Source: Nitrospirota bacterium (GTDB lineage: Bacteria; Nitrospirota; JACRHJ01). Taken from it: 64,000 nucleotides of DNA. The stretch spans positions 224,001 through 288,000 of the forward strand of contig CAVTDB010000003.1 of NCBI GenBank assembly GCA_963733375.1, in the 5' to 3' direction. This document shows, one piece after another, positions 1 to 11,173 of this stretch. Position 1 is the first letter of the stretch. The number at the start of each line of letters is the position of its first letter. Both the position numbers and the translations under genes were made by a program. Under the pieces are notes generated by a model that worked only from the letters and a program-made list of their open reading frames with translations, was not told where the DNA came from and searched no databases.

Positions 1-244
1 TCATGCGCCCCGCGGCAATCGGCCTGGCCCTCTTTACCGGATGGCACCTGTCTTCCTCCGCATCCAGGATGTCGTTGAATATATATACCGCGCCGGATAG
101 AAGGCAGAAGATGGCGAACGCGGCGATACTGGTTAACAAAGAGGGCAGGTGGAAGAGGTGTTTTGAAAACAGCAGCGCGGGAAAGATGAACAGGTTCTTG
201 GCCCACTGATGCGGCCTCATCATCTTAAAGGTATCAGTTAGCAT
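1..244 (-). CDS. UbiA-family prenyltransferase, decaprenyl-phosphate phosphoribosyltransferase-like (N-terminal part, runs off the window)
   Basis: Not in the ORF track. Manual translation from ATG 244 gives MLTDTFKMMRPHQWAKNLFIF...YIFNDILDAEEDRCHPVKRARPIAAG, with the RPxQWxKN and NDxxDxxxDRxHPxKxxRP motifs. Confidence 0.85.
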   Translation of the reverse strand, partial: MLTDTFKMMRPHQWAKNLFIFPALLFSKHLFHLPSLLTSIAAFAIFCLLSGAVYIFNDILDAEEDRCHPVKRARPIAAGRM

Positions 245-327
245 GCTCAATCAATAGACCTCGGTTGCCTGGCTCCGGCATTCCATAGGGCTAAAACTCA
301 CCCATGGAAAACTCATAAGAGCACTAT

Positions 328-2060
328 TTATGTTTGTGTTTCCTTAAGAGCTTTTTCCAGGTTTATCTTAGACGTCAGGTCGTTTGGGTCCAGATGGACA
401 GCGGCCTGGAAGTGCTCTATGGCCTTTTTCATATCCCCTTTCTTCGCATACTCCACGCCGATATTATTGTGCAGCTTCCGCATTGTTGCGCACACTCCGC
501 GCCGCCGGTAGTTTCACTTTCAGCGCTTCCTCGTATGCCCGTATGGACTCGTCGTACCTTGCCTCTTCTGCCGTATGTGTTGCCGAGGTCCTTATATGCA
601 ACATACGCATCGTCGGGGATTGGATTGCACTTCGTTGCCGTTATGTATTCCCCTATGGCCAGATCGTCGCGGCCGCTTTTTTCATACATTGCGCCTAGGT
701 TGATATGCGCACCCGCAGCCAGCAAGAGGTTGTCGCGCGCAACGTCGGACCCGGGGGACTTCTTCAATTCGGCAGTCCAAAGGCTGTAGTCATCCTTCCA
801 GTCCGCATTCCTGAGTACGGTTCCTGTAGAGTACAGGGCAACCAGCGCTAGGAATACCGACGCGACGGCAATCCTCCTCCCCGAATTCGCAAGCCGGGCC
901 ATAGTTAAAGTGATCAGCATGATAAACCCGACGGACGGGAGATAGAGGTATCTCTCGCCCAAAACGCTTTGCCCGGTAATCGCGGGTAAATAAAGGCACG
1001 GGAGAAGCGGGACAACTATGGTCAAAAGGCAGAACAAGGCCAGCCTGTCCTTTTTGTACGTGAAATAAAAAAGGGCCGCTACCAGCACCGTCAGGAGGGC
1101 GGACGTCAACGCGTTTACCTCAAGCAGGGAATGGACCGGCTTGAACAAATAAATAAATTTGAGGCTGGTTGGCATGATCAGCTTTTTTAAGTATGTCGCA
1201 AAGATTATAAACAGGTTTCCGAAATAGCCATACTCGCCATGCTGCTTCGAGCTTATCCATCCGAGCGCGTAAAACCTGATGCTCATGTAAGCGGATGCGG
1301 CGAGTGCAAACAAGGCGTATCTCTTTACGATAAATGGAAGGGCCGCTTTCTTTTTATTGAGCAGCAGGTCGTAGGCAATTAACAGGCCCGGGAGGGTTAG
1401 CGCGGGCTCCTTGCACAGTGTACCTATGAAGAAGGCAACTACTGAGAGGTAGTAGCCCGTGTTGAACCTGTTCTCGGACCGGAGGTAGAGATAGAATGAC
1501 AGCAGGCAGAAAAACGTGTACGAGAGGTCCGTGACGGCCGAAATCCACGCGACCGCCTCCGTGTGTATGGGGTGCACCGCGAAAAGGACGGCCACCATCA
1601 GAGGGATCGAGAGATATTTAAAAGGGGCCTTGTATTCGCTGAACAAGTATCCTGGCTATCAGGAAAACAAGGACGGAAGACCCGGCATGGAAAAGGATGT
1701 TGACAAGGTGAAACCCCGCGGGGCATGATACCGAAGACGTAATAGGCCAGCATGTGTATAACTATGCACCATTGGCCGGTAGTAGTTGGTGGTGTCCCCT
1801 GTTAAACCCCCAGTCGCATCGCTTGAAAAGATATTTGGAAGAAACCTCGCATCTTTAATCCAGGGGTTACCCAGCACCTGAAAATTGTCGTCATAAACGA
1901 ACCCGTTTCCAAGGGTGTTTGAATAAACAGCAAGGGAGACGGCTATTATTATAAACAAGGGGAATGGTAGTTCTCTCCAGACGGGTCTTTCGGGTATCTC
2001 TTTCATCTGTGTTTCCTTATCAGACCATACTGCAGATTTCTTGTTTTTTAATCTGCTCAA
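328..2060 (-). CDS. TMTC-like multi-TM GT-C membrane protein with C-terminal TPR repeats (frameshifted)
   Basis: ORFs 1659..2060 (GFVYDD, YYRP) and 429..1646 (FAVHPIHTEAVAWI, KE, ERYLYLP, TPR-like tail). A TPR-like frame continues to TAA at 328. Confidence 0.75.
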
Positions 2061-2083
2061 TGCTGCTTAACTCTGCGGTTAAA

Positions 2084-2896
2084 TTATTTCCCCAGTTCCT
2101 GCGAGCGCTTCGTCGCCGCCTCGACTGCCGCGTAAAGCGCCGCCCGCAGTCCCCTCTCCTCCAGAACCTGGAGCCCCGCGATAGTCGTCCCGCCGGGAGA
2201 AGTCACCATGTCCTTCAGCTTCGACAGCGGCTCCTTCGTCTGGAGCGCCATGCTGGCCGAGCCAACGAGCGTCTGGGCCGCGAGCAGGAACGAATGCTCC
2301 CTGGACAGCCCCATCCGCACCCCCGCGTCCGAGAGCGCTTCGAGAATCACGAACACGTATGCCGGCCCGCTGCCGGAGAGCCCCGTCACCGCGTCCATCA
2401 GCTTCTCGTCGGGGACGGTCACGACCGCCTTGCAGATAGCCGATAAAAGTTTCGTCGCGATTTCCATATCGCCCGGCTTAGTGTTCGGCCCGGCAAACGC
2501 CGCGGCCGAGCCTTCCTGCACCAGCGCGGGCGTATTCGGCATCACCCGTATTACACGCGCCTTCTTCCCCAGCGACTTCTCGATATTGGCGGCGGTTACC
2601 CCTGCCGCGATGGATATGATAAGCTGTTTCGGCGTAACGGACGAGGATATTTCGAGCAATACGCCCGCTATATCCTTCGGCTTCACGGCAAGGATTATCA
2701 CGTCCTTGCCCTTCACGGCCTTGACGTTGTCCGTCACCGCGCCCACTTCGTAGAACTTCTTCATGTGCAGGAGCCGGTTCGGCGACGCGTCCGAGACGGT
2801 AATATCTTCTTTCGGCACAAGGCCGGATATGACAAGGCCTTTGACCATCGCCTCGGCCATGTTACCCGCCCCTATGAAAGCAATTTTTTTATTCAT
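2084..2896 (-). CDS. proC: pyrroline-5-carboxylate reductase
   Basis: IGAGNM, RVMPNTP, TGLSGSGPAY and VTSPGGTT motifs. Confidence 0.97.
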   Translation of the reverse strand: MNKKIAFIGAGNMAEAMVKGLVISGLVPKEDITVSDASPNRLLHMKKFYEVGAVTDNVKAVKGKDVIILAVKPKDIAGVLLEISSSVTPKQLIISIAAGVTAANIEKSLGKKARVIRVMPNTPALVQEGSAAAFAGPNTKPGDMEIATKLLSAICKAVVTVPDEKLMDAVTGLSGSGPAYVFVILEALSDAGVRMGLSREHSFLLAAQTLVGSASMALQTKEPLSKLKDMVTSPGGTTIAGLQVLEERGLRAALYAAVEAATKRSQELGK

Positions 2897-3610
2897 CCCA
2901 TAGTCCTCGCACCGAAAATAGCCGTCCCCACCCGGACCAGCGTCGCCCCTTCCTCGGCGGCCACCTCATAGTCCTGCGTCATGCCCATTGAAAGCTCGGT
3001 CATCTCGAACCCTTCCAGCGTAAGCTCCGCCGCGAGGCGGTTCATCTCTTTAAAGTACGGGCGGGAACTCTCCGGGTCCTCCGTAAACGGCGGGACGCAC
3101 ATGAGCCCGGTGATTTTTAAATTTTCCAGGCGGGAAGCTTCCTTCATGAAACCGGGCGCTTCCTCCGGGCGGATTCCACGCTTCGTCTCCTCGGAAGCTA
3201 TATTTATTTCAAGAAGCGCCTTCTGGATTATCCCCCTCTTCCCGGCCTGCCTGTCTATCTCCCGTGCCAGGTCGAGCGAGTCAAGCGAGTGAATCAGTTT
3301 GAATACTCCAACCGCCTGCCGGGCCTTGTTTTTCTGGAGCGAGCCTATCAGGTGCCATTCGATCTCCGCACCCGCCCCCCGCGCTCCCCGCCTTCAAGGT
3401 GTCCATTTCCCGCATCTTGGAAAGCGCCTCCTGGACCCGGTTCTCGCCCAGTATGGACGCCCCGGCCGCCACCGCCTCCAAGAGCCTCGGCAGCGGATAC
3501 GGTCTTTGTCACCGCGACCAGCCGGACCAAGAAGGCTCCCTGCCCGCGCGCTTCGCCGCCGCCTCAAGCTTCGCAAGCACCGCGCGCATGTTTTCCGGAA
3601 TGCGGCTCAC
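2893..3610 (-). CDS. yggS: PLP-homeostasis protein YggS/PipY (frameshifted)
   Basis: Fragments VRLVAVTKT, GENRVQEA, GLMC, LSMGMTQDY and VRVGTAIFG. The GTG start overlaps the pgeF stop. Confidence 0.9.
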
Positions 3611-4414
3611 AGAAGGACGGTCAAGGCCATCATCCTGCCGGCCCTCCCGCCGCTCCCCCTGTGGGAGTAGAACTTCTCAGGGTTGCATGCGGTGCATGCG
3701 CCAAAAACATTTATCCTGCCGGGCCGGACGCCGGCAATTTCGAAGAGTTTTCATATTTGCCTTCCAGAGGTCCAGCCGCCAATGTCCCGGACGCGAGTTG
3801 GTAATAAACTCAGCCGCGTGAGGCATGGATTCCTTCAGCGGGTCGAGCACCTTCGAGTCGACCTCATAGCAGCACGGGCCGATGGAGGGGCCGATGGACG
3901 CCAGCAGGTTCTCGGGCTTGGAGCCGAAATGACGGCCCATCTCCGCCACCGCCTTCCCCGCTATCCCCTTGACCGTCCCGGCCCAGCCGGCGTGCACCGC
4001 CGCGACCACCGACCTTTTCGGGTCGTATAGCAGGATAGGCACGCAGTCCGCGGTAAGCACCCCTATCGGCACCCGCTTAAGGTCCGTAATTACCGCGTCG
4101 TGCCCCGCAGGCTGCTTCCGCCCGGCTTCGCCGTGTACCCCGGGACCAGGCTCCCGCAGGACATAGATATCATCCCCATGCACCTGCCGGACCATCTTTA
4201 TCTCGGCTCCGGGCAAACCAAGCGCGGCGGTTAAAAGCTCCCGGTTCTTTTTTACGTTCCCGGGGCTGTCCCCCGAGCCCGCGCCCATATTAAGGGACTC
4301 GAAGGGATGTGGGCTTACGCCGCCCTTCCGGGTGGTGAATACTCCTCTCGCCCCTTCCCAGCCGGAAACCTCGTAGAAACCGGCGCCGAATTCATCATGA
4401 AATACAAATGGCAT
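3607..4414 (-). CDS. pgeF: PgeF/YfiH purine nucleoside phosphorylase / laccase-domain protein (C-terminal frameshift)
   Basis: FTTRKGG, QVHG, TADCVP, HAGW and IGPSIGPCCYEV. The shifted frame gives CTACNPEKFYSHR...LL*. Confidence 0.92.
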
Positions 4415-4522
4415 GATACCTTGCCTTAAGTGCGTTTAAATCTTTGAAATTCTAACACTTTGCACGACGGTGTGTCAACAGATATCAATCCCTTGAACAG
4501 CCCGCGCACACCCACTTTGTCC

Positions 4523-4551
4523 TTGACCGACGGTGACGCCTCTGATAAGAT
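4523..4551 (+). promoter_or_regulatory. sigma70-like promoter for the pgpA-cinA operon
   Basis: TTGACC-17bp-TAAGAT upstream of the pgpA ATG at 4575. Confidence 0.5.
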
Positions 4552-4574
4552 AAGCTGTGATTTTTACGAGGGTT

Positions 4575-5048
4575 ATGGTCGATAAACTTGCCATATCGAT
4601 TGCCTCCGGCCTGGGCGCCGGATACTCTCCCGTCGCGCCCGGCACGGCAGGCAGCGTCGTCGGGGTCATTATTGCAATTCTTTTTATACTCCTCTTTGGC
4701 CTCAATATCTTTTCCGGGTTTATTTATGCCCTTACGACCGCCGTCATCTTCGCCATCGGCGTATGGTCCGCCGGGAGGGCTGAAGTCATCTACGGCGAGA
4801 AGGACTGCGGCAAAATCGTGATAGACGAGATTGCCGGGATGCTCGTTACGCTTTACCTGGTGCCGTTTGACTGGCGCTTTCTTCTGGCGGGTTTTCTGCT
4901 GTTCAGATTATTCGACATCGTAAAACCATTTCCCGCAAGGCGCATAGACCAGAGAGTAAAGGGCGGATGGGGCGTGATGCTTGACGACATCGCGGCGGGG
5001 ATTTACGCAAACATAAGCCTCCAGATATTTGTACGGGTTATGCGTTGA
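4575..5048 (+). CDS. pgpA: phosphatidylglycerophosphatase A
   Basis: APGTAGS, IVIDEIAG, FRLFDIVKP and GVMLDD motifs. Confidence 0.95.
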   Translation: MVDKLAISIASGLGAGYSPVAPGTAGSVVGVIIAILFILLFGLNIFSGFIYALTTAVIFAIGVWSAGRAEVIYGEKDCGKIVIDEIAGMLVTLYLVPFDWRFLLAGFLLFRLFDIVKPFPARRIDQRVKGGWGVMLDDIAAGIYANISLQIFVRVMR

Positions 5049-6226
5049 GGGCGGAGGCGGTAATACTGGGACTCCTGCTGCCCGACCCGGAAGGCGGCTA
5101 TATCGAGTCGCTCTCCGATTCACTGAGGGAGTTCGGGCTGGAGCTGGCAGCGGTATCGTTTATCGCGCCAAAGGAAAAAGAGGCCGAAGAGGCCGTCCGT
5201 CTGGCCCTTTCCCGCTCGCTGATGGTGGTGCTGTCGGGCAGGCAGGGACAGGGCAGGGTCGAGGAGCTTTCCAGAAAGACCATCGCGCGCGTCCTGGGGA
5301 AACGGCTGATACTCCACCCGGAACTTGCGGAAAAGGGTTCTACTAAAGCGGCGCTCCTGCCGAGCGGCGCGAGGCCTTTGTCCGACGCGTCCGGAACGCC
5401 CGCCGGTTTCTGGCTGGAGCACGGCGGCAGGTATGTCGTTTTACTCCGGGAAAACGTGAAGCTCAGGGATGTTATTCCGCCGGAGCTTGCAAGGGCGCTC
5501 TCCAAGGGCAGGGGCAGAAAGTTTACCGCGAGCCGGACCATCCGGTGCTATGGCATAAACGAAGACCTGGCGCGTGAGTTCCTTGAAAAAATCTCCGTCC
5601 CGGACGGAGATATCCAGTTCAGCGTCTCCCTTGAAGGCCTGGACATAAAGGCGGCTACGCGCGCCGATACCTACGAGAAGGCGGAGAAGGTCCTCTTGGA
5701 GCTGTGCGCGGAAGTCGTCCGCAAAGTCGGCGACGCCTTTTACGGGACGGACGGGGAGGGCCTACATGAAGCGGCGGCAAGACTCCTCATCGACAGGAAG
5801 CTGACGATTGCGACCGCCGAGTCCTGCACCGGGGGCCTGGTCGCGAAGAGGCTCACCGACATCGCCGGAAGCACGGCTTACATGGAACGCGGCGTGGTGA
5901 CTTACTCCAATAAATCAAAGGAAGAACTGCTCTCGGTCCCGGCGGAGGTGTTAAGCGAGCACGGCGCGGTATCCAGGGAGACGGCGCAGGCAATGGCCGA
6001 GGGGATACGCTGGAACGCGAAGACGGACCTGGGCCTCAGCATCACTGGCATTGCCGGGCCGGGCGGAGGCACTCCTTCAAAGCCGGTCGGGCTGGTGTAT
6101 ATCGGCCTCGCCACGCCGGACGGGGTGACGGTAAAAAGCTTCAATTTTCCGGGCGACCGTGCGGCGGTGCGTTTCGCGTCATCGCAAAAGGCGCTGGACA
6201 TGGTACGGCGATACCTGATAAGCTAA
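5045..6226 (+). CDS. cinA: CinA/PncC nicotinamide-nucleotide amidohydrolase with a degenerate N-terminal MoCF-like domain
   Basis: AESCTGG, YSN, GAVS and SITGIAGPGGG motifs; pgpA-cinA-recA context. Confidence 0.9.
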   Translation: MRAEAVILGLLLPDPEGGYIESLSDSLREFGLELAAVSFIAPKEKEAEEAVRLALSRSLMVVLSGRQGQGRVEELSRKTIARVLGKRLILHPELAEKGSTKAALLPSGARPLSDASGTPAGFWLEHGGRYVVLLRENVKLRDVIPPELARALSKGRGRKFTASRTIRCYGINEDLAREFLEKISVPDGDIQFSVSLEGLDIKAATRADTYEKAEKVLLELCAEVVRKVGDAFYGTDGEGLHEAAARLLIDRKLTIATAESCTGGLVAKRLTDIAGSTAYMERGVVTYSNKSKEELLSVPAEVLSEHGAVSRETAQAMAEGIRWNAKTDLGLSITGIAGPGGGTPSKPVGLVYIGLATPDGVTVKSFNFPGDRAAVRFASSQKALDMVRRYLIS

Positions 6227-6231
6227 CGTCG

Positions 6232-6326
6232 AAACCCCGCCTTTTTGAAAAAAGGCGGCCCAAAAACTTTTAAACTGTCCCGCTTTCTTTTGGTTCTTTT
6301 CTTTCTCGCGAAAGAAAAGAACGGTT
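6232..6326 (-). repeat. REPIN-like double-hairpin element, copy 1 (inverted relative to the other copies)
   Basis: Hairpins CCGCCTTTTT/AAAAAGGCGG and GTTCTTTTCTTTC/GAAAGAAAAGAAC, plus the shared CCAAAAACTTTT and CTTTCTTTTGG tags. Confidence 0.9.
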
Positions 6327-6332
6327 AAAAAA

Positions 6333-6911
6333 ATGTCTCAAAAAGGTTTTATCCGCACCTTCATCGCAATCGAGCTTCCTCCCGAAATAAAGGAGGCGAT
6401 GGCGGGGGTGCAGGCGGAACTTAGGAAATCCGACGCGGACGTGGGCTGGGTGCGCCCGGAAGGCGTGCACCTGACGCTGAAGTTCCTGGGGGACGTGGAG
6501 GAGAAAAAAGTCGCGGAGCTTGGCGACGCGCTTGCGGAAGGGCTGAAGGGGGAAACCCCATTTATCCTTCAGGCGAAAGGCGTCGGCACGTTTCCGACTC
6601 CAAGGGCTCCGCGCGTGGTCTGGCTCGGCGTGGAAGGCGAAGTTACGCGGCTTTCCGCGCTTGCAAAGACGGTGGAAGAAATCTGCGCAAATTTAAAATT
6701 CCCGAAAGAAGACCGTCCTTTCAAGGCGCACCTGACTCTGGGGCGGGTTAAATCGCCAGGGGGACGCGGCGCGCTGGTGAAGATGCTGGAAAATTTCAAG
6801 GACGCGGACCTGGGAGAGTTCAAGGCTGACGCTGTATCCGTGATGAAGAGCGAGCTGCAAAGGAGCGGCGCGGTATATACGGAGATGCGGAGAATTGTTT
6901 TGGCTGCTTGA
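6333..6911 (+). CDS. thpR: RNA 2',3'-cyclic phosphodiesterase (2H family)
   Basis: Two HxT motifs (HLTLKFLG, HLTLGR) and RTFIAI. Confidence 0.93.
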   Translation: MSQKGFIRTFIAIELPPEIKEAMAGVQAELRKSDADVGWVRPEGVHLTLKFLGDVEEKKVAELGDALAEGLKGETPFILQAKGVGTFPTPRAPRVVWLGVEGEVTRLSALAKTVEEICANLKFPKEDRPFKAHLTLGRVKSPGGRGALVKMLENFKDADLGEFKADAVSVMKSELQRSGAVYTEMRRIVLAA

Positions 6912-6967
6912 GTTTAATTAATTTTGTACTTGGAATAAACCTGTAGCAATTAGGAAGGAGCAATAAG

Positions 6968-7993
6968 ATGGCGGAAAAGACGGAAAAAGACCAGAAACTG
7001 CGCGCGCTCGACCTGGCGGTGTCGCAGATAGAGAAACAGTTCGGGAAGGGCTCCATCATGCGCCTGGGGAACGACCAGCCGCCGCCGGATGTAGCGGTAA
7101 TACCGACCGGCTCTCTGGGCCTGGACATTGCCCTTGGCGTCGGCGGCTATCCGCGCGGCAGGGTCATCGAGATATATGGCCCGGAGTCTTCCGGCAAGAC
7201 AACACTCTCCCTTAACGCGATCGCGCAGGCCCAGAAGCTGGGCGGCATAGCGGCGTTCATAGACGCGGAACATGCCCTCGACGTCACCTACGCCCGCAAG
7301 CTCGGGGTAAAAACGGACGACCTGCTCATATCGCAGCCGGACTCCGGCGAGCAGGCGCTCGAAGTCGTGGAGACGCTGGTCCGAAGCGGCGCGGTGGACA
7401 TAGTCGTCGTGGACTCTGTCGCGGCACTGGTCCCAAAGGCGGAGATAGAGGGCGAGATGGGGGATTCGCACATGGGGCTCCAGGCAAGGCTCATGTCCCA
7501 GGCCCTGCGTAAATTGACCGCGGCCATCTCCAACACCATGACTACCGTTATCTTCATAAACCAGATACGCATGAAGATAGGCATCGTCTACGGCAACCCG
7601 GAGACGACCACCGGCGGAAACGCCCTTAAGTTCTACGCATCCGTGCGCCTCGATATCAGGAAGGCGGAGGCGATAAAGGACGGCCAGGAAATACTGGGAA
7701 ACAGGGTGCGGGTAAAGGTGGTCAAGAACAAGGTGGCGCCGCCTTTCAAGCAGGCGGAGTTCGATATCCTTTTCAACGAGGGCATTTCGAAAATCGGCGA
7801 AGTAATCGACGCCGGGGTGAATGCCGGCATAATAGAGAAGGCCGGGGCATGGTATTCCTATAACGGAGACCGCATCGGCCAGGGGCGCGAGAACGTAAAA
7901 TCATACATGAAAGACCATCCGGAGTCGTTAGACGATATAGAGGCCGCGGTAAAAGAGAAGGCGGGTCTTGTGCCGCCAGCCGTACCGGCGTAA
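6968..7993 (+). CDS. recA: recombinase RecA
   Basis: [28 protein letters not shown] and GGNALKFY. Confidence 0.99.
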   Translation: MAEKTEKDQKLRALDLAVSQIEKQFGKGSIMRLGNDQPPPDVAVIPTGSLGLDIALGVGGYPRGRVIEIYGPESSGKTTLSLNAIAQAQKLGGIAAFIDAEHALDVTYARKLGVKTDDLLISQPDSGEQALEVVETLVRSGAVDIVVVDSVAALVPKAEIEGEMGDSHMGLQARLMSQALRKLTAAISNTMTTVIFINQIRMKIGIVYGNPETTTGGNALKFYASVRLDIRKAEAIKDGQEILGNRVRVKVVKNKVAPPFKQAEFDILFNEGISKIGEVIDAGVNAGIIEKAGAWYSYNGDRIGQGRENVKSYMKDHPESLDDIEAAVKEKAGLVPPAVPA

Positions 7994-8006
7994 GAGGCAA
8001 AAAAAA

Positions 8007-9206
8007 ATGGATATACAGAGCCCGGGAAGCCTTTCGATTAATGACATACTCAAAACGTCCGTCGAACGGCGCGCATCGGACGTTCATATAAAGGTGGGAA
8101 GCCCGCCCGTACTACGAATTGACGGAAAGCTTACGCCGATGCTGGAGCAGAAGCGCCTTACCCAGGAAGACGTGGTGAAGCTCGCGTTCTCCATGATGAA
8201 CCAGACGCAGCGCGAGAAGTTCAAGGCAAAGAACGAAGCGGACTTCGCGTACGGCGTCCCCGGGCTTGGGCGGTTCAGGGTGAACGTGTTCATGCAGAGG
8301 GGCACCGTCGGCACGGTTATGCGCGCCATACCCACCAAGATAGCCTCTATCGAAGACCTGACGCTCCCGCCGGTAATCTCCAAGCTCGCACAGGAGCCGC
8401 GCGGTTTAATACTCGTCACAGGCACCACCGGAAGCGGCAAGTCCACCACGCTCGCCTCGATGATAGACCATATCAACGCGACCAGGACCGAACACATCAT
8501 GACCATAGAGGACCCTATCGAGTTCCTCCACAGGGACAAAAAATCCCTCGTGAACCAGCGCGAGATAGGGATGGATACGGAGTCGTTCTCCCTGGCGCTC
8601 CGCTCCGCGCTCAGGCAGGACCCGGATATTATACTCGTCGGCGAGATGCGGGATTACGACACGATAAGCACCGCGCTTACCGCCGCGGAGACGGGCCATT
8701 TAGTCCTTTCCACCCTCCACACGGTTGACGCCGTGGAGACTATAAACCGCATAATCTCGGTTTTCCCGCCGTACCAGCAGAAACAGGTGCGCCTTCAGCT
8801 CTCTGCGGTACTGAAGGGCGTCGTGTCCCAGAGGCTCATCCCCCGGGCGGACGGAAAGGGACGTGTCCCGGCCTGCGAGATACTGGTCGTGACGGGTACG
8901 ATAAAGGAATGCATCGTAGACCCCGATAAAACCAGGAACATCCATGACCTGGTCGCGTCGGGCGGCTCGCAATACGGTATGCAGACATTCGACCAGTCGC
9001 TCTACGGCCTTTACAAGGCGGGGCTGGTCACCTACGAGGAGGCTCTCAGGAGAAGCTCCAACCCGGACGATTTCGCCCTTAAAATTCGCGGCATCACCTC
9101 CACCTCCGACGATACCTGGGAAGACGCTTCCTCCGGCGGCGTCTCGTCCGGGTTTAATAAACCGGGTGAATCCGGCGGCTTCAAGATCGACCGGCTTGGC
9201 GATTGA
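8007..9206 (+). CDS. pilT: PilT/PilU-family type IV pilus retraction ATPase
   Basis: GTTGSGKST, TIEDPIE, ALRQDPD, ETGHLVLSTLHT and GMQTFDQ. ATG 8007 follows GAGG. Confidence 0.92.
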   Translation: MDIQSPGSLSINDILKTSVERRASDVHIKVGSPPVLRIDGKLTPMLEQKRLTQEDVVKLAFSMMNQTQREKFKAKNEADFAYGVPGLGRFRVNVFMQRGTVGTVMRAIPTKIASIEDLTLPPVISKLAQEPRGLILVTGTTGSGKSTTLASMIDHINATRTEHIMTIEDPIEFLHRDKKSLVNQREIGMDTESFSLALRSALRQDPDIILVGEMRDYDTISTALTAAETGHLVLSTLHTVDAVETINRIISVFPPYQQKQVRLQLSAVLKGVVSQRLIPRADGKGRVPACEILVVTGTIKECIVDPDKTRNIHDLVASGGSQYGMQTFDQSLYGLYKAGLVTYEEALRRSSNPDDFALKIRGITSTSDDTWEDASSGGVSSGFNKPGESGGFKIDRLGD

Positions 9207-9677
9207 GCGGGGACAGGGAACTGAAGAGGGCGCGGGAGCTGGCCTACAGGTATCTCGCGCTCCGCGACAGAAGCATCAAAGAGCTTCGGGATTATTTCTG
9301 CCGCAAGGAAGTCCCGGCCGATATTGCGGAAACGGTGCTTGCAGAGTTCATCCGGTACGGGTATTTGGACGACCGCCGGTTTGCCGTCCTCGTTCGCCAG
9401 AGGCTTAATCGAGCGCAGGGGGCTATCCCGGTACGCCCTTAAGATGGAGCTTAAGAGAAAGGGCGTCCCGGAGGGCGACATAGAGGAAGCGCTGGAAGGG
9501 CTTTTCGGGGAAGACGGGTATGACGAGGACGGCATAGCCCTGGCTATAGCGCGCAAAAAGGCTGATTCCATGCGTAACTTGCCGCCGGACAAGGCGAAAA
9601 GGCGGTTGACCGATTATCTGCGCAGGCGTGGATTTTCTTTTGAAGCCGTGAGAAAAGCTATGAACGGGATTATTTAA
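9203..9677 (+). CDS. recX: recombination regulator RecX (frameshifted)
   Basis: YLALRDRS, GYLDDRRFA, ELKRKGV and YLRRRGFS, split over two ORFs. Confidence 0.88.
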
Positions 9678-9680
9678 AAT

Positions 9681-9710
9681 TTGACTTTTCAGTACATATT
9701 CAAGTATAAT
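9681..9710 (+). promoter_or_regulatory. sigma70-like promoter for tatA
   Basis: TTGACT-18bp-TATAAT; SD GGAGG before ATG 9745. Confidence 0.65.
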
Positions 9711-9744
9711 TCGTAATAATGTTTGGCATTTGGAGGTTAAACCC

Positions 9745-9933
9745 ATGATAGAAAATCTGTTCCGCCCGATGCACCTTCTTCTGGTGCTGCTTATCGCTTT
9801 AGTCGTGTTCGGCCCCGGGAAGCTCCCGCAGATAGGCAAGGGCTTAGGCGAGAGCATCCAGAACTTCAAGAAGGCGATGAACGGCAGCAAAGAAGAAGAG
9901 CCGAAGAAGGAAATCCCCGCCGACAGCAAGTAG
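9745..9933 (+). CDS. tatA: twin-arginine translocase TatA/TatE subunit
   Basis: TM helix followed by FGPGKLP and an amphipathic helix (GKGLGESIQNFKKA). Confidence 0.92.
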   Translation: MIENLFRPMHLLLVLLIALVVFGPGKLPQIGKGLGESIQNFKKAMNGSKEEEPKKEIPADSK

Positions 9934-9991
9934 GTAACTGGTCAGCCGGGTCGGTCGTCATAGCAAACCATTATGCGGAACTATAACAAGT

Positions 9992-10025
9992 GGGCGGGAC
10001 GGGTATATGCCGGACCGCCTTTTTT
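9992..10025 (+). terminator. probable intrinsic terminator after tatA
   Basis: GGCGG...CCGCC stem followed by TTTTTT. Confidence 0.5.
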
Positions 10026-10104
10026 ATCCTTTACGCAGAACCGCCTTTTTTTTGTGTATTTATTACGGATCGCCTTTTTTGTCTGCCGGACCCTTCCGGA
10101 CCCC

Positions 10105-11150
10105 CTAAACCCCGACTTGCATTACTAATTTCCCCTGGACGTGCCCCTCTTCCAGCAGCCTGTGGGCCTTTTGCACTGTCTCGGCTGTTAGATTCCCAAG
10201 CACCTTGACCCTCGGGGGCGCGATCTTCCCGCAGTCGAGCCAGCCGCCGATTTCAGAAAGTTTCCTCCCGTACTGCGCCCAGCCGGAAGGCTCGCCCGAT
10301 TTAGCCCTTGCCAGCACATACTCGAAATGGAACGAGGCGGAACGGTAGAAGATCGGACTTCCTCCGGCGCTGAAGATATCATAGGAAAAATCTTCCGGCT
10401 CCGCCACCGTCGAGACTACGCGCCCCTCGTCCCCGACCAGTTGCAGACACAGCTTCTTCATGAATCCGCCCACAAAATCAAAACAGATATCCGGACGCCT
10501 GCCGCCGGAAAGATTTAAATATGCCTTCTCCAGGCCCGCAAGGTCCAGCCCCTTATACATCAGGATATGCTCCGGCTTTATTCCCAGGTGGTCTATGAGG
10601 TAGTCACTGCTCGGAATCATTCCCGGCGGTGCTGAAAATTGTCGCGTGCGCACGGCGCAGGAACTGGATAGCCATCGTGCCTACCCCGCCTGAGCCGCCC
10701 GCGACAAATACCGTCTCGCTATCTTTTTTTACTCTCGCTTTTTCAAAAACGCAGTCCCAGGCCGTAAGCGCGGTGAGCGGCACGGCTGCGGCCTCAGCCT
10801 TTGAGAGACCCGGCGGCTTTTTCGCCGCGAACTGCCACGGAAAGACCGCATACTCGGCATACCCCCCGTTGCTCCTGGGGCCGCCGATGAACGCGAACAC
10901 CTCATCACCCGGCTTGAATTCGGTCACCCCCTCCCCGACTTTGTCCACGACGCCGGAAATATCCAGGCCCAGCACTGCGGGAAGGACGCCTTCGCGCATT
11001 CCCCGGCGCATCTTGTAATCTACCGGGTTAAACGCGGCGAAATGAATTTTTACCCGCATCTCGCCGGCCTTGGGCTCGGGCATCGGGCAAATCCGCGTCT
11101 TTAAAATTTTCGACCCCGCCGAAACCTTCCAGTACCACCGCTTTCATCAT
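10105..11150 (-). CDS. NADPH:quinone oxidoreductase-like MDR-family oxidoreductase (frameshifted)
   Basis: MKAVVLEGFGG, NPVDYK, GGYAEY, GGSGGVG and AHRLLEEGHVQGKLV across three frames. Confidence 0.85.
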
Positions 11151-11173
11151 GCCGCCTTTCTTACTTTCTCACA

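Noticed and set aside
6912-6967. LexA/SOS box upstream of recA
   Set aside because: No palindrome matching a LexA motif that I know.
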